This document shows, in pieces, positions 36,501 through 43,744 of a stretch of 64,000 nt of DNA. The position numbers and the translations under genes were made by a program. Origin of the DNA: Alphaproteobacteria bacterium. GTDB taxonomy: Bacteria; Pseudomonadota; Alphaproteobacteria; CAAHEQ01; UBA3637. The stretch's first letter is position 1, and each line of letters opens with the position of its first letter. The DNA lies in the NCBI GenBank assembly GCA_045655105.1, contig JAZOOQ010000006.1, forward strand, positions 408 through 64,407. Direction: 5' to 3'. The notes below the pieces were generated by a model. The model had not been told where the DNA came from and ran no database searches. It worked only from the letters and a program-made list of their open reading frames with translations.

Positions 36501-39500
36501 CCTCTTAAGAAAATAGTTCCATTTAAACTTTCGCGACCAACGGTATTTAAAGCATTTGAAACTGCTGGACCTGCGTGTAAGACATTTCCTTGGATTTGTT
36601 TGATTAAATTTGAAGCCAAACCATTTGTCATGATAGAGCCAACAGGTTTTGATCCGCCAATTGTTAAAACACTACCATTTGTTGATACAATACCCATTGT
36701 TTTTGAAGCGCTATTTTCAGCAACAAATAAATCTTTATCAACTAATCTTGCAACAAAGTTCCCATCTTTTGTAATTGTTTCTGGAGCAATAACAAGACCT
36801 TTAATTTTACCTTGCGTATCAATTGCTTCACCATATTCATTAATCAAATATGTTGTTTGATTGTTATCCGTATATCCAACGGAATTTAAAGGAATAAATG
36901 TGCCTGTAATATCACCTTTTGCATTTGCAATACGGTTATCAGATAAAACATGCCCAAGTTGGGTTTTGCCAAGACCAACTCTGCCATCAGAATGAAGAAT
37001 TCCTGCAAATTTGCCAGAGTTATCAACAGCAATACCTTGCGGTAAAACTCTGCCAATTACTTCATCCATGTTGTTATAAATAAAGTCTGAAGCATAAAGA
37101 TATCCAGTATCTTTTTCAGTGCTAATGGTATTGTTAATTGCCATATAGCCAAGTAATTTCCCATTCGATTTAACAGCTAAACCTGTTTTTACAAGATATC
37201 CAATTTGAGTTCCTGCCTTATCAAGAGCAATACCATTTGACATTAATCTTCCAATTGATCTTGCATTTTTACCCAATAAATCAGCATCAAAACTTGTCCA
37301 ACCAATCAGTTCATTTTTTGTGTTAACATAAACACCAAATGGAAGCATTCTGCCGATAACACCTTCTTCGTTAATAACCAGACCAAATGGTGTTGCTTGA
37401 CCAACAATGTTGCCATTTTTATCCAAAATAGAACCTGTTACATTTGGATATCCAATTAATTCTTCTGGTGTAAATGCAACGCTTAAGCGTTTAAATACAC
37501 CACCTATAATTTTTTCATCTTGTGAAACTGCAATGCCATTCGCAAGGATTTTTCCAATAACTGTTTTCTTTAATGATACAACTTCACCTTTTGGTGTGAT
37601 TGATCCGATTTCTTTACCCAATATTGATAAAACCTTACCATGAGGCATTTCAAAACCAATAACTTTTCCATCTTTATCAGTTACTGTTTTGTTAGCTCTA
37701 ATGGCTCCAATGATATCGCCATCTGAATTTTTTAATGTGCCATCTACACTCATCGTGGCAAGATAGTTATTATCTAAATCAAGGAATGCAGTCTTGTCTG
37801 GGATTAAGGTACCAATGATTTGTTGAGTATCACCACTAACAGCCGTTAAATTTGGTAAAACACGAGCAAATCTTTCTCCTTCTTGATTAAGACCAAAACC
37901 AATTTTTGAGTTATAACGACCAAGAATTAAACCATCAGGTGAAACAATAACCCCATCAGGAGGAATCACACCTAAAAATTTTCCATTTGTAGCGGAAACA
38001 ATACCATCTTGATCAATAGTTCCAATTTCATTTCCATTGGCATCATAAACTTTATCACCCATCACAGTCCAACTGGTTGGATTTCCATTTGCATCTAAAA
38101 CAACGCCAGTAGGAGTGCCTGATTGACCATTATCACCAATAACAGTTCCTAAAATTTCTTTACCATCAATAGAAATTACAGATCCGTCTTCTTGAAGGCA
38201 GCCAATAACTTTTCCTTTTAAGTCCATTACTTTGCCGTCTAAGCGAACGCGACCAATCACAACTCCTTCGTTGTTTTTGACAATTCCTTTAATTGCTAAT
38301 GCACCAATAACTTTCCCAGCATTGTCAACAACTGTTTTATCTGGGGTAATACATCCAAAAGGTTCATTATTGGCATCTGTTAAATCGCCACCAAGAGTAA
38401 CAAGTCCTAATAAACGACAGCCATCCGCAATTGCAGATGCTCTTGGAACAACAACACCGATAATTCTATTTTGATCGTTACGGACATAACTATCCGTCAT
38501 GACTTTTCCAACTTGTTCAAGTGAATCATTAATGGCAATTCCGTTTGGGAAAACAGATCCAATTTGTTGACATCCAAATCCAATAACGCGTCCTTTGGGT
38601 AATACTGATCCAACTGTTTTTTTGCCAGCAGTTATTGATCCATCTGGATTAACGCAACCAATAACAGCTCCTTGTGGACCAACAGCTTTTCCTTCGGAGT
38701 TGATAAATCCAATAGGATTGCCTTTTTCATTAATAACAAGACCTAACTGAATAGCGCCACCAATATCTGTTCCTTCAGAATTTATTACACTACCATCAAT
38801 CAATGTTTTTCCAACAGTTTGATTATATGCATCACGCACTTCGCCATTTTGCATGATTTTCCCTGTTAATTGGCAACCTGGTGCAACAGCAACACCTTGA
38901 GGGATTGTACCCCCAATAAGATCATTTGTGTTATTTGTTACCAATCCGTTTGGTTTAACTGTTCCAAGAACGGAGTTTGCAGCATCCATAACAGATCCAT
39001 CAGGAATAATACCCCCGATAACATTACCAGTTAAGTCTGCAACCAAACCCCATGGTCTTAAAACACCCATTACGCGGTTATTTAAATTTGCAACAGCTCC
39101 ATTTGCAAGAGGTTTACCAATAACGGATCCTTTTTCGTTTACAACAGTTCCGTCTTTTAATAATTTACCGATAACATTTCCGGTCATATCCATTACAGAA
39201 ACAATTGGAATAGCTGCACCTAAAACATTTAATTCTGCATCCACAATGGTGTCATCACCTAATAAACGACCCAATTTATCTCCGTTTTCATTAATTACAT
39301 CCCCATTTGGCGCAATTTTACCCATGAGCTCATTTTTAAGGTTAAGAGGTAATTTTTCTGGAGTGGCAATTGCAACGATTTTACCATCTTTGTTAATATA
39401 TAATCCATTTTCAGTTGGTTTAATGACTTCACCATCGATAACGATAGAACCATCTTCCACAATAGGGTGCAACTTTCCATCAAGACCCATGGCGTATTTT

Positions 39501-40132
39501 TGTTCTTGAGCAGCATCATCTTTTGATGCGGTTTCACAAATAACACAATCTTTGGAATCAGTAGATTGAGCTTTTACTTGAACAGTTGTTTTCTTTTCTC
39601 TATCGGAAAAACCAGCAGCGGTTGCAGAATCTTCTTCCCATTGAATGGTTAAAACATTTTGAATTTGTCTTAAAGAAACAGGATTCCACAAAACTTTAAT
39701 TAAACATTCTTGTCCACTTGCTAAAGATTCATTTTCTTTACAAGTTGTTTCCATTGAAAATCCATCTTGTTGATTTTCAAGGAAAGTAGCTCCTTTATAA
39801 AGAACAGAACCATTTTCTGCTGTGAGTTTTATTAAAGCTTCAACTTGAGAACCAATAACAACGTTATTCATATCAATTTGTTCAGGAACAACTTTTAAAG
39901 AGACATCGCCCCTATCAAATCCTTGGAATTGACCTCCTTGAGCATCATTTTTAGTTTCATATTCATCGTCCCAGTCGATATTTTCCGTTGGAGTTTGAAC
40001 AGGCGCTTTTTCAGAAATAAAGGAAAGCGCTACAAAAAATACAATAAGAAGAAATAATCCACCAAACAAAAGTTTTCTGTTACTTTTTTTTACATATTGC
40101 TCACTTGAGCTTAATCCTCTGTTTTCTTTCAT
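33530..40132 (-). CDS. virB10: Giant VirB10-family protein (2,200 aa): TM anchor, beta-sandwich-like module, about 1,500 aa of 17-residue repeats, VirB10/TrbI domain, acidic tail
   Basis: C-terminal VirB10 domain at about nt 33880-34500 (AIPAVLTRSIDS, IIPAGSRLIG, RLIRPDG, DAQGRGGVAAYLDDELVKKFG). N-terminal TM helix LLFGGLFLLIVFFVALSFI. Lies between virB9 and virB11. Confidence 0.85.
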   Translation of the reverse strand: MKENRGLSSSEQYVKKSNRKLLFGGLFLLIVFFVALSFISEKAPVQTPTENIDWDDEYETKNDAQGGQFQGFDRGDVSLKVVPEQIDMNNVVIGSQVEALIKLTAENGSVLYKGATFLENQQDGFSMETTCKENESLASGQECLIKVLWNPVSLRQIQNVLTIQWEEDSATAAGFSDREKKTTVQVKAQSTDSKDCVICETASKDDAAQEQKYAMGLDGKLHPIVEDGSIVIDGEVIKPTENGLYINKDGKIVAIATPEKLPLNLKNELMGKIAPNGDVINENGDKLGRLLGDDTIVDAELNVLGAAIPIVSVMDMTGNVIGKLLKDGTVVNEKGSVIGKPLANGAVANLNNRVMGVLRPWGLVADLTGNVIGGIIPDGSVMDAANSVLGTVKPNGLVTNNTNDLIGGTIPQGVAVAPGCQLTGKIMQNGEVRDAYNQTVGKTLIDGSVINSEGTDIGGAIQLGLVINEKGNPIGFINSEGKAVGPQGAVIGCVNPDGSITAGKKTVGSVLPKGRVIGFGCQQIGSVFPNGIAINDSLEQVGKVMTDSYVRNDQNRIIGVVVPRASAIADGCRLLGLVTLGGDLTDANNEPFGCITPDKTVVDNAGKVIGALAIKGIVKNNEGVVIGRVRLDGKVMDLKGKVIGCLQEDGSVISIDGKEILGTVIGDNGQSGTPTGVVLDANGNPTSWTVMGDKVYDANGNEIGTIDQDGIVSATNGKFLGVIPPDGVIVSPDGLILGRYNSKIGFGLNQEGERFARVLPNLTAVSGDTQQIIGTLIPDKTAFLDLDNNYLATMSVDGTLKNSDGDIIGAIRANKTVTDKDGKVIGFEMPHGKVLSILGKEIGSITPKGEVVSLKKTVIGKILANGIAVSQDEKIIGGVFKRLSVAFTPEELIGYPNVTGSILDKNGNIVGQATPFGLVINEEGVIGRMLPFGVYVNTKNELIGWTSFDADLLGKNARSIGRLMSNGIALDKAGTQIGYLVKTGLAVKSNGKLLGYMAINNTISTEKDTGYLYASDFIYNNMDEVIGRVLPQGIAVDNSGKFAGILHSDGRVGLGKTQLGHVLSDNRIANAKGDITGTFIPLNSVGYTDNNQTTYLINEYGEAIDTQGKIKGLVIAPETITKDGNFVARLVDKDLFVAENSASKTMGIVSTNGSVLTIGGSKPVGSIMTNGLASNLIKQIQGNVLHAGPAVSNALNTVGRESLNGTIFLRGKKESTASGIRALYNDKGNIRGTTLPVTAFVGKSGLLIGQTQTAATITNQDEKTVAVQMPFGFALTQDNLWAGGKAPFGVAVDDDAKILGTVAADGAVIGKDNQMTARALSDGSVADIQDRSLYNTMPQKGGLVQQGLPFGYRGDVLGRTTLSGDILDATDSKTLRILDDGTILGKDEPLAGAILPFHTAIAQDGSFMGTLIHNGQIMSPSGELKGKIAVNGTVKEGTYKITGALVSSALVTNDCKVVGQTGFNGQVIDAKGTVVGRILPDKWAVNTSGEKIGRLTRNGIVMSPEGKYIGRTMPDSTVVDVNGINIGCSKNDGTVVDHKTGEIIGATHERGLVLGKDGKPIGRVKLNGSVVNKNGEVIGTLRADGNVVNANGEIIGRNVSRDEEILYDENGNIKGTFGSDGVIKDAEGNFIAQVLPTGEIVDKNGNVIGQLGDNGELPSDIESGLLVDANGNVFGKISGCDVFNLQNEKIASITPNGSIIGLNGELFATIHENGTLQDKDGNNMGQIKGIDLRLDKCGIKSLSEEELEALRNAQGGAGQAGSRKISFGNKLYQVTPDGSILDDKNEIVGFMQEGRPMTLDGRPLSPDGDEHGRIRPNFGNKKMKPTPEQIQQMQEILSQKRESMKAGMGSRGLITPNSKIKAMARKKADSDWKSIGVNKIVSSYPVDMSRMILKDKAIPAVLTRSIDSRYAEMPVTAIVERHIYSEKGRNIIIPAGSRLIGTFAGEQGNDKRAAKLEITWQRLIRPDGGAFSFEGTSGDAQGRGGVAAYLDDELVKKFGKPIMTSVVTSAISYMMATNDDMYQDMYGNTITSSKTEAANDARENFIESMQTIFDQLIEDSANIPVVIYVPSGTRLTVFPNEDLWLRSEEDDISEAEEISTEAQKPDTSSWIETRNTQKETTDEENEEDEEESEESEEDEESSDVDDSKYYKPSDKYNSEEESDESQNEAIYTGDSVEKQPISERKVTPVLPKTGSSDRLF
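34960..39490 (-). repeat. In-frame tandem array of a degenerate 17-aa (51-nt) coding repeat inside virB10
   Basis: Consecutive units parsed by hand include KLLKDGTVVNEKGSVIG, KPLANGAVANLNNRVMG, VLRPWGLVADLTGNVIG, GIIPDGSVMDAANSVLG and TVKPNGLVTNNTNDLIG. Consensus: x-h-x-P-[DN]-G-x-V-x-[DN]-x-x-G-x-h-I-G. Confidence 0.85.
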
Positions 40133-40187
40133 TGCTAACCCATTTCTTTACTGTCGGAACAAATACTTAAATGATTTTCAAAGAATT

Positions 40188-41924
40188 TTATTGAACGCGA
40201 ACAACTGAGCATCCAAATCCACGACGACCCAATCTTTTGCATAATTTATCTGCCAAAGTAATATCTTTAATTGGACCGACGCGTAAGCGGAATAATTCAC
40301 GCATATTGCTGTCTGCTGTTGTATCAACAGAATAATAAGGTTCATAACCGCTTAAAACATCTGCATTCTTATCAAGAATTTTTTCCCAAATTCCTTCAAG
40401 TTCAGTAATATCTGCATGTGTACCAAGTTCAATAGAAATTGTTTCGCTTGTGGCTAAACCGGAATTTCTTTGTGCTGAAATTGGCATTTGACTCATTACA
40501 CCAACAATCCCTGCAGATGCTTTTGGAGAGTTCACAACATTAGCTGGAATTGATTGAATCGGAGCCATGTTTGATGTATATACTGAACTGTTTGGTTGAA
40601 CATATCCCGGCATATAATTTTCAGTATATGTATCATACATTGATTCAACAGGATACATACCGTTTGTTTGTGGCATATATGTGTTTTGTTGATACATATC
40701 CATCATTTGAGGTCTTGGTGCTAATGGACTTTTTGTGATTTGTTTTTCTTCTGAATCAGCACCTAAAGTTGGATCATAAGCCGGAGCTTCTTTACTCATT
40801 ACGCTTGGTCGACCTGTATATGGAGAAACAGTCATATTTTCAGAACCGCTATAATCTGTATATTCAAGACCTGCACTTGGATCTCTTCTAAGTTTTAAAC
40901 AGATAAGTTTTTTACCATTTCTTAAAACCAAATCCCCAATAGCTTCAACAACAATTAAACGGCTATTTGGTCCCGTTGTTCTAAAACCAACAGGAACTTC
41001 TGTTTCTTGAACTAAAAGACTGACAACAGGGCGTTGAGTCATTGTTAAAGCTTTCGGTCCCAAATCAATGTATGTAAAAATATTATCGCGCCATACATTA
41101 TCTGGGGCAATATCCACATCTGATGGATTTGGAATATAAATATCAATATCAAAACGAATGTTTTCTGGATCTACAGGAATGCTTTGCAACCAATTTTTTG
41201 GGCCAGTTGAGGCGGTATTAATACCCAATTGGGGATTTTGACCACCACTTCTGCCAATTGCCCATCCTGGTGCTTTATTGGAGTTTAAAAACCCATTTCC
41301 AACTGCTCTATTTGTTGCACCATTCATACCACCTAAGCGGCCTCCATTTTCAACAGGAGTGTATCGTGGTCCAACTAATACATCAACAACAGATTGAGAA
41401 ATCTTTTCCGCATTATATGTTTCGCTTCTTAAATAGAAAACATATCGGTTACCTGAACGACCAAAAATAATCATATTGCTATCAACACCAATGTATGATG
41501 GGTCAGCATATAAAAGAAGAGAGTTTGGTGCTGCAATTTCACCACCAAAAGATTCTGGAGAACCGATATGAACTTTTTCAATTAACTCCCATGTTGGCAA
41601 GTTAATCAGAGTCATCATTCCTTCTCTTAAACGGATTGGTAAAATAACATCAGGTGACCAAGCATATTTTGAATATCCTGGTTTTGATTGACCTTCCCCT
41701 AAATGAGCCATTGGGTCATTCCATGCTTTTTGTTGCATGCCAAGAGAATGTAAATAATTTGGGTTAACAGATTCGTAATCGCCATTTGTTTGCGCAATAG
41801 CGTCGCTTAAACGTTCACTTTCAGCATCTGTAGGCAACCCCTCTGAATGTGCAACAACAGAAAATAAAACAAAAACAGCAGCTGTTGCCAGCCAACCTTG
41901 TCTGTGAAGTTTGTGTTTGAACAT
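40188..41924 (-). CDS. virB9: VirB9-family protein with Met/Tyr/Pro/Gln-rich linker and C-terminal SPOR domain
   Basis: Signal peptide (AAVFVLFSVVAHS). VirB9-like blocks (RYVFYLRS; NIFTYIDLGP ... PVVSLLV ... LIVVEAIGDLVLRNGKKLICLKLR). C-terminal 83 aa are SPOR-like (FRLRVGPIKDITLADKLCKRLGRRGFGCSVV). ATG 41924 is preceded by GAGGAG. Confidence 0.8.
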   Translation of the reverse strand: MFKHKLHRQGWLATAAVFVLFSVVAHSEGLPTDAESERLSDAIAQTNGDYESVNPNYLHSLGMQQKAWNDPMAHLGEGQSKPGYSKYAWSPDVILPIRLREGMMTLINLPTWELIEKVHIGSPESFGGEIAAPNSLLLYADPSYIGVDSNMIIFGRSGNRYVFYLRSETYNAEKISQSVVDVLVGPRYTPVENGGRLGGMNGATNRAVGNGFLNSNKAPGWAIGRSGGQNPQLGINTASTGPKNWLQSIPVDPENIRFDIDIYIPNPSDVDIAPDNVWRDNIFTYIDLGPKALTMTQRPVVSLLVQETEVPVGFRTTGPNSRLIVVEAIGDLVLRNGKKLICLKLRRDPSAGLEYTDYSGSENMTVSPYTGRPSVMSKEAPAYDPTLGADSEEKQITKSPLAPRPQMMDMYQQNTYMPQTNGMYPVESMYDTYTENYMPGYVQPNSSVYTSNMAPIQSIPANVVNSPKASAGIVGVMSQMPISAQRNSGLATSETISIELGTHADITELEGIWEKILDKNADVLSGYEPYYSVDTTADSNMRELFRLRVGPIKDITLADKLCKRLGRRGFGCSVVRVQ

Positions 41925-42081
41925 TGAATCTCTCCTCTTTATTTTTGTAATATATTTACACAATAAAACAAAAATATTTAAAAAGTCTAGCAAAAAATGA
42001 AAAAAGATGTGTTTTTAATAGAAAAAATTTTTCAAGGTTTTTTTTAGAAGTTTTTTAAGAGGGATTTTTTTGAAAAAATTA

Positions 42082-42780
42082 TTATGAATCAGCTTTTTTT
42101 ATCCCAAGTTGAATAACTGTAAATCCAAGTGGATTTTTTAGTCTTTCTTCCCAAGTTAAACCTTCTCTTGTGGGTCTAAAAGCAACATCCATTGTAACAA
42201 CCCATCTGGATTTTTGAGGTTCACTTGATAAGTGTTTCATTTCTGTAAATTCAACTTCTGTACGCCAAATGTTTTCATTTCTACTTGAGCGATAAGGGTT
42301 AACGACTAAAATTTTAACATTACGGGTCAACCCTTCTTCTTTAGCTTGTTTAATCCAATCTTCTGCATATTCAATAAATTTTGAATAAACGGTGCTTTCG
42401 CTCATCCAGTTAATTTCGCCATCAATCCCAGTGCGTCGTTCAAGTTCTTGAATGTTTGATCCAACGCTAAAATAGGAAAGCAAATACTGTCTTATAAAAG
42501 ATTCAGTCAGTGTTTGCATATTCATTTGGCTGAAGTTTGGGCGAACAACATTAATAACTTGTTCATTCTTATTAAGTGTTGTTAAGAAAAATGGTTGCAC
42601 TCTTACAATAGGCATTAATGAAACAAGAGCGCTAATAAGCATAATTGTTGTTAATGAAGAAACAACTAAAACAAGCGCAAAAGTGCGCGCCATCCAAAGA
42701 TAACGCCTTTCTTTAACGGCTTCTTCGGATAAATCTTGACCTTGTTTCTTTTTAACAGGTATTTGCTCGTTCATTGTCAT
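42082..42780 (-). CDS. virB8: VirB8-family protein (copy b)
   Basis: Short cytoplasmic N-terminus, one TM helix, periplasmic domain ending with the VirB8 signature NPLGFTV. Confidence 0.8.
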   Translation of the reverse strand: MTMNEQIPVKKKQGQDLSEEAVKERRYLWMARTFALVLVVSSLTTIMLISALVSLMPIVRVQPFFLTTLNKNEQVINVVRPNFSQMNMQTLTESFIRQYLLSYFSVGSNIQELERRTGIDGEINWMSESTVYSKFIEYAEDWIKQAKEEGLTRNVKILVVNPYRSSRNENIWRTEVEFTEMKHLSSEPQKSRWVVTMDVAFRPTREGLTWEERLKNPLGFTVIQLGIKKADS

Positions 42781-42798
42781 AAGAATAAATTTTTGTTA

Positions 42799-42978
42799 TT
42801 AAGATAACCATTCAGGAAGGGCAGGTGCTTTTTCAAGTTCAATGCATGCACATGGAGATTTTTTAAGTTCAGAATAATCTGGACCAATTCCAACTGGTTC
42901 TTTTTCATAAACACTGCCACAAGCAGCAGCTAAAGCAGCGATACCTAAAACAAATAAAATAACAAAATATTTTTTCAT
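42799..42978 (-). CDS. virB7: VirB7-like small lipoprotein (59 aa), absent from the supplied ORF track
   Basis: Hand translation: MKKYFVILFVLGIAALAAACGSVYEKEPVGIGPDYSELKKSPCACIELEKAPALPEWLS. Lipobox LAAAC. Located between the two virB8 genes, as rvhB7 is in Rickettsiales. Confidence 0.65.
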   Translation of the reverse strand: MKKYFVILFVLGIAALAAACGSVYEKEPVGIGPDYSELKKSPCACIELEKAPALPEWLS

Positions 42979-43066
42979 TTTTCCCTCTTATTTTTGTGAA
43001 TCACGAATTCAGTTTATCTAAAGAAAAATAATTAATCAACCAAAAAAAACATTATTTTAAAATATT

Positions 43067-43744
43067 TTATTTTTTAACGGCCTCATCATATTTTTGAATG
43101 TAAAAGCCAAAAGGATTTGAAAAAGTTTGAGAATAAATATGTCTATTTGGATAATGACCAATTGTAAGGGTTGCTACACGTTGTTGTACCAGAGGTTTAA
43201 CAATTGGATCATATGGGTTGTAAAGAAAAACATCAAACTCAACAGTATAGGTATTTCCTAATTTTGAAATATTATTAATTTCAACACTTTGAGTTTCTTT
43301 TCCAGCGGCAATTTTCTTAATTTTTTCTTGAATATTTTTGGCAAATTTAGAGTATACAGTCGGTGAAGACAATCGTCTAATTTCCCCAGAACCACCCCAT
43401 CTAGCAGTCATTTCATCTTTATCAGCAAAATATGAAATTCTTCTATCAATATAATATCTGATTAACATTTCATCTAATAATTCGCGATTGGCTCGATTGC
43501 TATGTGATGTTGAATTCATTAATCTTTTTGCGGGTAATGTGTCAATCTGAATATGATCTAAGGTATGCATAGGGGAGGGTAAAATTTGAGCTACCACTTT
43601 TAGTTTTGGAGCCATTTGAACCAATGTTAAAACAATAAATAAATTGATAGCAATAGAAACAGCGGCTAAAGTCATCCAAAATTTAGCTAAATAAATGGCA
43701 ATTTTTCCACGTTTTTTTTGATCTTTAATAAAATAAGAAATCAC
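43067..43744 (-). CDS. virB8: VirB8-family protein (copy a)
   Basis: One TM helix; C-terminal NPFGFYI signature. GTG start directly abuts the upstream stop (TAAGTG), with GGAGG 8 nt upstream. Confidence 0.75.
   Translation of the reverse strand: MISYFIKDQKKRGKIAIYLAKFWMTLAAVSIAINLFIVLTLVQMAPKLKVVAQILPSPMHTLDHIQIDTLPAKRLMNSTSHSNRANRELLDEMLIRYYIDRRISYFADKDEMTARWGGSGEIRRLSSPTVYSKFAKNIQEKIKKIAAGKETQSVEINNISKLGNTYTVEFDVFLYNPYDPIVKPLVQQRVATLTIGHYPNRHIYSQTFSNPFGFYIQKYDEAVKK

Noticed and set aside
34960-39490. The periodic 51-nt structure as a CRISPR array or non-coding tandem repeat
   Set aside because: It is in frame within one long ORF. The units are conserved at amino-acid level but not at nucleotide level. 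There is no repeat/spacer alternation.
38928-39509. Antisense ORFs inside virB10 (for example 38928..39509, 36486..36860, 35241..35522) and inside other long genes (82..447, 16810..17115, 27638..28099, 54866..55267)
   Set aside because: They are mirror-frame ORFs with low-complexity, Pro/Ser/Phe-rich translations and no RBS. Each is fully contained in a well-supported gene on the other strand.
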